Of a stretch of DNA of 64,000 bases, positions 1 through 10,984 are shown in pieces. The notes beneath the pieces were generated by a model. It saw only the letters and a list, made by a program, of their open reading frames with translations, did no database searches and had not been told where the DNA came from. The DNA lies in NCBI GenBank assembly GCA_951406725.2, contig OX597825.1, forward strand, positions 41,168,001-41,232,000, read 5' to 3'. A program made the position numbers and the translations under genes. How positions within the stretch are numbered: the stretch's first letter is position 1; each line of letters begins with the position of its first letter. Source of the stretch: Octopus vulgaris. Taxonomy: Eukaryota.

Positions 1-4
1 ATAT

Positions 5-1288
5 ACATATATTGTTAATAAAGAAAAAGTTAAGGAAACCACTTACTGGAGATGTAAAGAATGAAAAGTGTGCAATGCTAGAATTAGAACTGGAAGTGAT
101 ACCAAACATGGAAATGCCTCAAATCAATCACATCCTACAGATAGTGCTCATATTAATGTTTTAAAAGCATTAGATAAAATGAAGACTAGAGCCAAACAGA
201 CAGAGGTAACATCATCATCATCATCATTGTTTAACATCCGTGACAAGCAGTGTAATTAATAATGTCATGGAAGAGCTGCTTCTCAGCTTTGCTGATTCTC
301 TGCCTAAAAGAGAAATGCTTGGGAGAATGGTGAGGTGAGCAAGAAAGATTGATGATAGTGAAGACTTGGAAATGGCAATACATGGAGAAAAAGTTTGGCT
401 TTATGAAACTACTGCTGTTGCTATTTTATTGACAGAAAAATATCTGAAATTATTATCTAGTAAACAAACATGGTTTGGCAATGGCACATTTGATTCTGCT
501 CTCCTAGGCAAACAGCTGTATACTACACAAATTGTTATTTCAGGGAGCATAACCTTGCCAGTTGTGTATTGGATTGCTAGTAACAAAGAAGAGAAAACAT
601 AAGGTGAAATGTGTACATTTTTGAAAAGCAAAGATGTTCAGGATCCACATTCAATAACAATTGACTTCAAACAATCAACAATCAGAACTTTACTAATACA
701 TCTATCTTGTGTGGTTTATTTTATTTTGGGCAATGTTTATGGTGCAATATCCAGTCCTGTAGATTGCAACACTGGTATGTTGAAACCAGTAATGCCCTTT
801 TCATCAAGCAGTTACAAGCACTTGTCTTTGTCCCACCCACAGGTGTGCAGGAATTATTTTACAAACTGGTGAACTCCTTAGATGCCGAAACTGATGAGTT
901 ATAAAGGGATTATCTTGTTTATTTTGAAATTACGTGGTTAGGAATAGTCCAGACAGGGAGTTGAAGGAGACCAATTTTTGATGTTGATTTGTGGTCTGTT
1001 TACACTTCGGTTCATGATAATTTTCCAAGAACAAACAATTCTCTTGAAGGCTGGCATCAGGCTTTTAAAAAAAGACTTTACATAACTCATCCCAAAATCA
1101 CCAAACTAAAGGTTATTAGAAATGAGCAGGCATCCAATGAAATTCTAATTGAGCAGGCTACTATTGGGATTGACATATCATGAGCTAACAAAAAATATGA
1201 TACCATTAACGATACGATAAAAACCATTTGTGGTTCTTATAATAAAGAAGGATTGGCATTTCTATTATCTTTGGCTCACAATTTTTAA
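5..1288 (+). pseudogene. Decayed Mutator-like (MULE) transposase with N-terminal FLYWCH-type zinc finger
   Basis: Across frames: YWRCKE*KVCNARI...SH (FLYWCH-like), WFGNGTF..QLYT (DGTF motif), CGLFYFGQCLW, ALVFVP, YFEITWLG, WSVY...PRTNNSLEGWH. Stops and frameshifts throughout. Confidence 0.85.
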
Positions 1289-2086
1289 ATACTGTTATTA
1301 ATTTTGTCTTGTACATTTTGATATGTCAATTGTAATAATTTTAAAATAAACATCTGATTACATTATTTTTATATGTTTACATTATAAATCCAGTAAAGAA
1401 ACCTATTTAAAAAGTAGTTTTATATATCTATTTTTTCAACATTTTAGTCTGTCAAATGGTCATACTGTAGGAATGAAATTATCATATATTTTAATTTTCA
1501 GGTATTTTATGTCCATTTGGTATTGTGCTCATGGCTCCATTTCATTGTGAAAATGATTGTAGCGTGCTTTGTTTTTCTTGGCTATGGTTAGCTATAATAT
1601 GCAACACAAAATTTTAAAAATCAAGCAATGCCTGTGCCTAAAGTTGTTTTCAGTGTGGGAAGACCTTACTCAGGGTTAATTCCACTCTCTAAACAATTTA
1701 CACACTTAACCACAAAAAAAAGTGTTCTTCATCATTGAATGCAAACAAAGTCGCAAGTGTTACATAAAAGTTTTCCTTCTAGAGTGATGCCTAAACAAAG
1801 ACTATGGGTGGGGGACACTCATTACTTGCTGTTGGATGGCCATTGACTCTACTGAATGCATCTGTCCTTTGACAGGACTTGTTTATTTGTCTGGCAGTAT
1901 GTCCAGCAAAAACCATCTGCTTTACAAATCACGTTTGGTAGGGTTGTTGGTTTAGTTACTGTCAGCCAATCAGGTGACAAAGTTGTATGGAGTAACATTT
2001 GAAATTTAATCATTATGATTAGCAATAACATTTTCCTCTTTGAAACTAGTGTTCTGATTTCTGTGGCAAAAAAATTTGGTTAGAAA

Positions 2087-2237
2087 CACTAGCGTAGCTA
2101 GGTGGGGCATAGTAGGGACGGTCCCCTCTGGTTGGCACTTTTGGGTCTGGTGTAAGCAATATGTGTTTTCTGTGGGGTCCGGGGGGTGGTAAATGGAAGG
2201 GTTGCCCCAGACAACACATGCTCAAGCTATGCTAGAG
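2087..2237. mobile_element. hAT-type MITE (151 bp)
   Basis: TIRs cactagcgtagct / agctatgctagag; perfect 8-bp TSD gttagaaa at 2079-2086 and 2238-2245. Confidence 0.85.
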
Positions 2238-2299
2238 GTTAGAAAAGAAAAAGTATTTGGAACGTTATTTTTAATATCATCATTTCTGAATGTTTTTTC

Positions 2300-3130
2300 C
2301 ACTGGTCAAGCGAGTGTGAAAGTGAAAATTTGATATCTTTGAGTCTGGTTAGTAGGGACCAGCCTAATGAATTTACTTTTGTCTTGGTTTATATTTGCTG
2401 AATGTGGCCTTGCATTATCATGTTGCAGGATTACTCTCAATTCATTAACTAGAGCTGGTTGGTATTTGAGCAAAACTTGATTAACACATTTACATTGTTT
2501 ACAATAAAGTTCAGTGTTGATGCTATGTCTTCTACCAAATGCACAGCAAGCTCTTTTTTGTGTGTAGATCTGGTTTGGGTGTTGAAACTAGATTTTCATT
2601 TGGCAATGGCCACTGCTTCTTACAGTTTATACTATCCATTTCTCATTACGTACTACAATTCAGTTAAGAAAAGGTGCTTATTCATTCCTGATTATCAAAT
2701 TGTTACAAATTGTTGAATGCACTAGTTTATTCTTGGAGACAGCTAATAAGGTATCCACCTCTCCTTACACTTCCTCAGTTTGAATGAGATGATCTTGCAC
2801 AGTTGACTAAGGCTTATTAAGCATCCTAGATAATATCTCACTACATTGATATAGATTCCTTTCTGTTACTGTTTTTACTGCATCATTATTGAGAATAGTT
2901 GATCTTCCTGAATGACACTCATTCAAACTCACTGTTTTTTAATTTGTTACACCACCTTTGGCATTTCCAACATTCTCACCTTTAGAATATATAACACATA
3001 GGCTTTCTTTATACATTTTGCAGTTTTTCCCTTACAAAATTTCTAAGGCATGTAAATGCTGCATATGCAGCTCACTAAAGTCCTTTTCTGTCGTGAGTTT
3101 TCATTGCATATACTCACAAGATGTGTGGCC
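2300..3130 (-). pseudogene. Highly decayed mariner (Tc1/mariner) transposase
   Basis: Minus-strand remnants: HSGRST, WIPY*LS (WVPHEL), FLN*IVVRNEKWI (IVTGDEKW), PKPDLHTKKSLLCIW, ILQHDNARPHSA. Confidence 0.8.
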
Positions 3131-3251
3131 TTATTAATGTTTGGTCATTAATTCTTATTGGCTGATTGCAAGGACACTTTTATTGGCTAAACTTTTTGTG
3201 GCATGACCTCTGACTATTTGCTTGAAAATATAACCTTACCATATGGTAACC

Positions 3252-3254
<3 letters not shown>

Positions 3255-3295
<41 letters not shown>

Positions 3296-3340
3296 TAGAT
3301 AGATAGATAGATAGATATAGATATATACATATATATATAT
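3255..3340. repeat. Compound (TA)n/(GATA)n microsatellite
   Basis: Read directly. Confidence 0.95.
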
Positions 3341-3615
3341 GATGGGGGGACAGTAAAACCCTACTGTAGGTTTTTCTCCTGCACCCTGCTGCTAGTGACT
3401 TTAGGCAGATGGTAATGGTCTGTCTACTTGTAGTTAATAGTCCACCAATTTTTTTCAGTTGCCATCATTATTTATACTAGTGCACATTGTGTCTTTTGCT
3501 GTTGATATATTTATCAAGAAAGGTTAATCGTAATTTTTTTAATGTCACACCCTGTATATACATATAAGTGTGTGTGTGTGCATATGAGAATGATTTTATA
3601 GAAAAAACTAATATC

Positions 3616-3837
3616 TTTTCTACTACGAGAACAAATCCTGAAATTTTGTGGAGGAGGGACGGGAGGAGATAGCCATTTACATTGACTCTTGTGTTTAATT
3701 AGTACTTATTACATTCAACCCTGAAAGGATTAAAGGTAAAGTTAACTTTAGTAGAACTTAAAATCAGGTTGGAAAGATAGCTGAAATGCTGTTAAACATT
3801 TTATCCATTGTGCTTATGATTCTCTAAGCTCACTACC
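3616..3837 (-). mobile_element. Degenerate tRNA-derived SINE, family A (core gcctttcatcc..ggtcgataaa..gtaccag; MetaSINE/OR-like)
   Basis: Reverse complement aligns by eye to copies at 8781-8970 and 44408-44645. Confidence 0.65.
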
Positions 3838-4477
3838 TCAGAAACACCTAATGTCAACAGCAATATATTGCCTGAGGCAAGAAAGAAAATCTCATCTAGT
3901 TGCCTCCACTTTCAGAAGTAACAAACATATTTCCAACAAATGACAATTACTCTTTTAAAAATAGAAGCATTCATCTGATTATGTCATCCATGTTATTCAC
4001 TGTCTGAAAACAGAACAGATGGCCACAAATGGAATATCTTTGATCATAAATCTGGTAAACAACATGACATTGATAGTAACAACATCACATTACTGTATTA
4101 CTTTTAGCAGTAGTGCCTTAAGCATTACCCAGCGGATGTATTGCAGTGGTTGTCCTTAATATTTTATGCTCAATGGTACACATTCCTGAACCTGTCTATG
4201 AAAATATTTAGCTTGTAAAACATTGAATGACAACAATTCCATAAGGGGAAACTGACATAACACACCACAAAACACATGAATTAATTCTTTGTAAGGAGAT
4301 TTATTTGTCCTTTTTCTAAATGAAGGAGAACAAAATCCAGTGAGTTGCATGATTTAACAATCATAATTTCAAGTTTATTCGATTTCATTTAGCTTATAGA
4401 ACTACATCATATTTGACAGAACCAAAACTACATGTTCTCTTTAGAGAGAAGAAATATTTCAGAGAAAAATCATATTA

Positions 4478-4605
<128 letters not shown>

Positions 4606-4611
4606 ATATAT

Positions 4612-5407
4612 GTGTACAGGACATCAAAAGATTTTGAACACAATGAGAAACAAAAACATAAAAACAGAAACATAGAAACAAACATTTTTTCTAACAATGG
4701 AAAAAAACAGAGAAATGAGATGTACAACATAAACAATATTCCCCTTCTTCAGTTGTCCCTGTTTCAACTACTCAACATTTCGAAGGCATGGTTCCTGTTA
4801 TTTTTATATTATTACTATATTTAAGACGCGGAATTCTCTCTCAATTTTCTCCCTTTGCTTTACCCTCTCCACTCTCTCTCCTTCCCACTCCTCCTCTCTC
4901 TCTGCCGCGTGTCCCCCTCCTCCTTCCTTCTTCCTTACTGCCAGCCTATAAAATTTTCTTTTACACATTGCTCTTACTACTGAAAAGACTGCCTTCCACG
5001 CGCTGCCACAGTATCCTTCGTCTATGCCAGAAAAAAAGGCTTTTTCGTTCGTGCTCTTGTGTGTTTGATTTCCTGTATCGTATTCTCTTTTTATTTTCTC
5101 GTTTTGTATTTATTTGTATTTTTTGTACATGTATTTTTATTTTTGCAGTTTTATTGTTACGTCTTGTTCGTGTTCATACTCATTTTGCCCGCTGCTTGGA
5201 ATTTTATTTTAATTCTCTCGCAGGAAGGCCTAGTGGATTAGTGTTCTGTCTCTGCCTTCGAAACATGCTTGACTCTACTAGCGACAGCTGATGACGGGGT
5301 TTTTTTCCTTGTGTAGCACGTCCTGTAACTGTTTTTTTCGTTTTCTTGTTTTTTGTTTTTTTGATTTTCCCGTTTCTACGTCTTATTGTGGTGTCCTGTA
5401 CTCACGT
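4612..5407. mobile_element. Two diverged, oppositely oriented copies of a Penelope-like pseudo-LTR-type repeat
   Basis: Reverse complement of 4612-4788 and plus-strand 5254-5403 share gccttcGAAA...aca(a/g)CTGA(a/t)GA(a/c)gggg...T-rich...g(a/g)tgtcctgtac. PLE assignment is inference. Confidence 0.5.
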
Positions 5408-6056
5408 ATCATCATCATCATCATCATCGTTTAGCGTCCGTTTTCCATGCTAGCATTGGTTGGACGGTTCTACTGGGGTCTGTGAAGCCAGAAGGCTTCA
5501 TCAGGCCCAGTCAAATCTGGCAGTGTTTCTACGGCTGGATGCCCTTCCTAACGCCAACCACTCCGTGAGTGTAGTGGGTGCTTTTTACGTGCCACCCACA
5601 CAGGTGCCAGACAGAGCTGGCAAACGGCCATGAACGGATGGTGCTTTTTATGTGCCACCGGCACGAGGGCCAGGCGAGGCTGGCAACGGACACGAAACGG
5701 GGCGGTGCTGGCAACGGTCGCGAAACGGAAGGTTCTCTTACATGCCACCGGCACTGGTAACACATCTGCAATTCCATTGATCGATTTCGATTCTGATCCT
5801 CACTTGCCTCAACGGGTCTTCACAAGTAGAGTTTCGACATGCCACCGGCACTGGTAACACATCTGCAATTTCCATTGATCGATTTCGATTCTGATCCTCA
5901 CTTGCCTCAACAGGTCTTCACAAGTAGAGTTTTGTGTCCCAAGAAGGGAAGGTATGCATACGTAGGCTGGCTCCATCCCATGTAGAAGGCCACGGGTTAT
6001 GGACTCACTTGTCCTGCTGGGTCTTCTCGCGCACAGCACACTTCCAGAGGTCTCGA
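5408..6056 (-). mobile_element. 5'-truncated RTE-family 3'UTR copy (or partner SINE) with (GAT)n tail; internal ~97-bp tandem duplication at 5740-5932
   Basis: Matches 3' end of the RTE at 57230-57688 (aagggcatccagc..gcatggaaaacgga(c/t)g(c/t)taaac..gatgatgat). Confidence 0.8.
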
Positions 6057-6118
6057 TACATGTAGATGTAGGTACGTACATATATGTTTGTATGTATGCA
6101 TGTATTTTTATTTATCAC

Positions 6119-6150
<32 letters not shown>

Positions 6151-7049
6151 ATATATAGTGTGTGGTGATTCATTCACTTTGTACCAGTGGGGTAAATGTT
6201 TCCTAATTCAAATTCATGAATTTAACTCAACATGTGAATATTTATGGAGAATATAAAACCTGCTTATTTTATTACAATGATCACCAAACCATATAATTAA
6301 TAAGATTGCAATTATTTTGACCATTAGCTTCAAATTAAGCAATGAAATACTTTTCACTGTCTTAATTTGTTCAATATCTGAACTGTTCTGTATCTGATCC
6401 CCATAATTTGTCATATATTTGGTGGTGCACATGTACACTTGCATCAATGACCTTGTAGATAAGAAGAAGTAAAGGTACTTAGAGGTTGCAATCCAGTACT
6501 TTTCTTTTATTCTTTTACTTGTTTCAGTCATTTGACTGTGACCATCCTTTATGTATATTTCATGAATAAAACTTTGGATGACGATTAGAAATCGAAGCAA
6601 TCATATATACATTGTAGATAGAGACGCTCCATAGATGAGCTTTATAAACTAGAAAATTATGAAACATTGCATAAAACTATATTATCTATTATTTTTCTTC
6701 CTTTTGAAGATGATAGGATACAGATTTAGAAGCTGCTATTGACAGGTCGAATAACCCTGTAGTGTTACCTCATTGGTACATTATTGAAGATATATTTGGG
6801 AAGGATGGAAGGTTTTTAACAAAGTGTTTTGGTGTTGCAGTTGGTGAAAAGTCACTGAATGTTAAAACGAAATTGAGACATGAGATACAAACAGATTCAC
6901 ATTAGTGATTAATTTGCTATAAGTTATTACAATATATTATGTTTGTTCCAGGCAATGGGTGTGATATTAGGGCACTGTGATATTTAAATTCTCTTTGTAA
7001 CGAATTAATTAGCTGATAAATAAATATATAGACATATATTTATATTTGT

Positions 7050-7230
7050 ATCATCATCATTTAACGACTATTCTCCATGCTGACATGGTCTGTATGGTTT
7101 GACAAGAGCTGTTAAGCTAGAGGGTTATGCCAAGTTCTTTTGTCTGTTTTGGCTTGGCATGTATGGCAGGATGCCCTTCCTAATGCTGATCACTTTACAG
7201 AGTGTACTGGGTGCTCTTTTATGGCACGAG
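7050..7230 (-). mobile_element. Short RTE 3'-tail copy
   Basis: catcatcatttaacg..ccatgc..ggatgcccttcctaa..cactttacagagtg. Confidence 0.7.
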
Positions 7231-7330
7231 CAACAGTGGGGACAGCAAGTAAATTGCGAGACAACACAATGTCCCTTCGACACGGGGGAGTAACATTGAG
7301 GGAGATGGCTTTATATATATAAATATAATA

Positions 7331-7495
7331 TACCTTATTAGTGAGTTAACAAGGCAACCAATAGTTTTGTGTGAAGAGGTCTTCGCAATTGTGCAAGCAT
7401 TTCACCTAGAAGTGTTGGTACTTATCTCGAACAATTTGAAGATCCCTTCACATGAGACCTCTGGTTGCTTTGTTAACTCACAAATAAAGAATATT
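7331..7495. repeat. Imperfect inverted repeat, ~55-bp arms, ~50-bp spacer
   Basis: ttattagtgagttaacaaggcaacca..gtgaagaggtcttc versus gaagatcccttcac..tggttgctttgttaactcacaaataa. Confidence 0.8.
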
Positions 7496-7904
7496 TATCG
7501 ACTAATGTGGTGATAAACACTCATTCTCAGTATTCAGTAGTGCCATAAAAATATGGGCAAATCAAAAATAAAAACAAAAACAGGAAAATAACAGAAGTTG
7601 AAAGGATGTACACAATGAATGTATTAGATTGAGGCTCAGAGAAAGTTTAAGATGGAAAAAGAGGGGGTGTGATGTTTCAAGCATGACTCTTTATCAGAAA
7701 GAGGAGGAAAAGTCCAGAGAGAAGAAATAGTATAGTTCAAAAACAGCACATGTAATTATGTGGCTAAAACATATATGTGTGTGTGTGTGTATTATATATA
7801 TATGTCTGTATGTGTATGTGTATATATATATATATATTAGTTAATGAAATTCCAATTTAGTCTGATTTTCATGTTTTATTATTTGCAAATTTTACAATAT
7901 TGAA

Positions 7905-7946
7905 ATAAACTAGTACTTTCATGCATTACACAATCAACAGGTTTAT
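7905..7946 (-). ncRNA. Mirror hammerhead motif with a core substitution (CTGTTGA)
   Basis: Minus strand: ataaac-CTGTTGA-t tgtg taa tgca t-GAAA-gtac-TA-gtttat; helix II can pair using two G-U wobbles. Confidence 0.6.
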
Positions 7947-7976
7947 GTAGTGATAGCTGTGTTCCACAGTCACTAT

Positions 7977-8018
7977 ATAAACCTGATGATTACGTGACAC
8001 ATGAAAGTACTAGTTTAT
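7977..8018 (+). ncRNA. Minimal type I hammerhead ribozyme motif (helix II partly decayed)
   Basis: ataaac-CTGATGA-ttacgtgacacat-GAAA-gtac-TA-gtttat: 6-bp helix I, intact core, palindromic loop-less helix III, CUA cleavage triplet. Confidence 0.7.
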
Positions 8019-8625
8019 TTCAATATTGTAAAATTGTAAAATTTGCAAATAATAAAACATGAAAATCAGACTAAGTTGGAATTTCATTTATTAATATATT
8101 GTTCTATACACAATTATACAAATTATATAAATTAGCACTTCCAGCGTAACTTAGATATGTTGCTTACAATACAAGTAGACTGCAGTGAAAGTCCCTCAAA
8201 ATCATTTCATATTATGTGATTTCCCTATGATGTGGTTCATCAGTGGCAGCTAGTCAAGCTCTCCAAATGTCTGAATGAAAACCAATCAAACTGATATTGA
8301 ATGATACTGGCAAAACAACCAATGATGTTGTAAAAAGCTAGTGGGTCAAGTTAGCTATTAGAGACAGAAGCAGTCTTTGTAAGAAACATTAATTAGAACA
8401 TCCAACCTAACTTTGATGTGTTATAAAGCCATTAAGTGTAGTGATCATCCCCCAAAAATTCATTTCATGTAAGCAACAATGGCTAAGAAGAATCTTAATG
8501 GGCTTGACATCCCCATAATTTAGCATTTTGTCTTAAGGGGCTGACAATATGTTTAAAAACAAAATTTATACTGGGGTCAATTTTTCATCTAAAGCAATTC
8601 AAGAAGGTGCCTCAGCATTGCTACT

Positions 8626-8966
8626 TTTTTTCTACTCTATGCACAAGGCCTGAAATTAGATCACCCCCAGTGTGGAACTGGTACTTAATTTATCGACCCT
8701 GAAAGATGAAAGGAAAAAATTAACCTCGGCAGAATTTGAACTCAGAGCATAAAGACAGAAAAAATACTGCTAAGCATTTCAGTAAGCTGGCAGAAACGTT
8801 AGCACGCTGGGCAAAATGCTTAGCAGCATTTCGTCTGTCTTTACGTTCTAAGTTCAAATCCCACAGAGGTCGACTTTGCCTTTCATCTTTTCAGGGTCGA
8901 GAAATTAAATACCAGTTTCATACTAGGATCCATGTAATTGACTGGTCGGGCCTTGTGCCTAGAGTA

Positions 8967-8970
<4 letters not shown>
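8626..8970. mobile_element. Head-to-head inverted pair of family A SINEs (8626-8780 minus, 8781-8970 plus)
   Basis: Plus copy has tRNA-like head gctggcagaaacgttag..gttcaaatcc; the minus copy mirrors it to the ggccttgtgc..agagtagaa end. Confidence 0.85.
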
Positions 8971-9019
<49 letters not shown>

Positions 9020-10289
9020 GGGCCTGTGTCCTGTATTTTCTACTATAGACTTAGGCCAATTGATGCCTTTTGAGTGAATTTGGTTGACAGAAGCAGTACA
9101 AAGTCTTCCATGCATTATCTTATTAATAAACTGTCTGAGGTTTGGAAGATAAATGGAATGTGAACTCCCTTAGTTGAAAACAGACAGGGTTTAATAAGAG
9201 TATGGGTTTCCTGCTGTAATTCAAGCCCCAGTAATATATTCTTATTTATGTCTATTCCATGCTGTTATAGAAAAATAGATGCCAGACAAAATGAATAAAT
9301 AATACACACACAAACACACACCAAGACACACATATATGCATACATGAATATATGCAATACATACATAAATACATAATAAATATATGCATACATATATACA
9401 CACCTATGATTTATTCATATGAAAAGCGAGGAAATTGGTAACATTCATAATATTTATGATTTATCAGTAATAGTTGCTGTCTGAGTTATCATACACTTTT
9501 AAAAAATCTCGACTGTAAAGAATTAAAATAAATGTATTCACATTTCTATATATATTTTCAACTGATAAAACATAGCGTATGCTTTGTACTTCTATAAAGT
9601 TTTGTAAAAAGATTTACTACAAAGAAGAACATAGAAATCAAAATAACGAAATCTGTACTAAATAGGAAAAAAACCATATAAAGCCATTTTATTTTCCAAT
9701 AATCTGTTCTGAAATATTTTATTTTCTCAGTAGCTCTTCAAGTCATTGCACAGCTGAAGCTTCCAACCAAAACCTAAGAACCTTATTTTCTTACTTAGAT
9801 GCTTTTAAATTTATTTTTTAATGCTAAAAATAGCAATTTTTTTCACTGCAATCACATTTTGAATAATTGGAGAAGAAAGTATTTGTCTTCTTCCCAGTGC
9901 ATTTCTAAACAAAGTATGATTTGTTTCTTTGTGAAAGCTGCTACATTTTGTCAAATCCTATTCTAACTTTGATGGTAAAACAGTAAATATATGCATGGCT
10001 ACATCTTTCTGAAAGATATTTTAGCTCTCTCTTGCCAAATATCCATGAAGTTTTGTGGAGGCTGGTTTAAATGGTAGATGGTAGATATTGTATCTTTTTA
10101 GTTGAGAAATAAATTCCTTTGACCTATGTTGATATTTCATTGATTTTTTTTGTTTTGCAACAAAATAAAGGGTTTCCCCGTCAAAGAGAGCGATTAAGTA
10201 TCTATCTGTCAATACCAATAAGTTGGCCATTATATTTCAAGATAATTTATTGATAAATTCTTGATATTTAGAAAGCTTTTAGGGATATT

Positions 10290-10492
10290 GATGGCAGAGT
10301 TGGTAGAATATTAGACAAAATGTCTTGCAGTATTTAATTATGCTCATTATGCTGCAAGCTTAAATTCCATCAGTGTCAACATAAGACTTGACTTTCATAT
10401 AAAAACAAGTAGTAACCAGGCACTGAGATTGGTTTTAAATTACCTGAACTCTGTCTAAATAATGTATGGCCTTGTTCTAATGTTAAAAGCTA
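10290..10492 (+). mobile_element. Old family A SINE copy
   Basis: ggcagagttggtagaatattag..aaaatgtcttgcagtattt..ttaaattcc..ggccttgt. Confidence 0.5.
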
Positions 10493-10984
10493 ATATTTGT
10501 AAACATGTCAATTTAATGTACTTTCAATGAATGCTATAACCTGAGAGAGGAAATAATAAATGATGTATGTATTATGTATTTTGGGGTATCAAATTATGAT
10601 TATGTCTTTACAAATAATATTAATTAGTGGTTCTTAATATTTGCTGCCGAATCATACTCTTCACTATATTTCAAAATGCCTTTACCCTCTTTCCATGATT
10701 TTCTATGTCAAAAGGTATATTCCAAATAATATGCATAAAATATGAAAAAATCTTTCATTTGTTCTTATATTAGTACATTTATATTTACTGATACTATTTT
10801 ATATGAGAGATTTAGAAAATGATGGCCAATAGAAAATGCTGGTAGATTTTGGAACTGGAACTACAGTATGTTTTTAATAGTCAGAACTAATTTCTTAACA
10901 CATTGAAGTTACTTAAACATAATTTAATAAGCAAAAAGTTGAATAGAATACTGTAGTATTGTAACTCATTTCATTTTAATGACA

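Larger units (their letters stand above)
7833..8098. repeat. Near-perfect ~265-bp palindrome (3-nt loop at 7962-7964) beside a (TA)n tract
   Basis: Outer ~90 bp of the arms are reverse-complementary apart from 3 substitutions and one 8-bp duplication in the right arm; the inner ~35 bp are more diverged. Confidence 0.95.

Noticed and set aside
6570-6610. tggatga-c-gatt(aga)aatc-gaag hammerhead-like string
   Set aside because: Both core boxes are altered and there is no helix I; too weak to call.
8190-8248. Minus-strand CTGATGA-a-cc..gg-GAAA hammerhead-like string
   Set aside because: Helix II is only 2 bp and no helix I partner follows the putative cleavage site.
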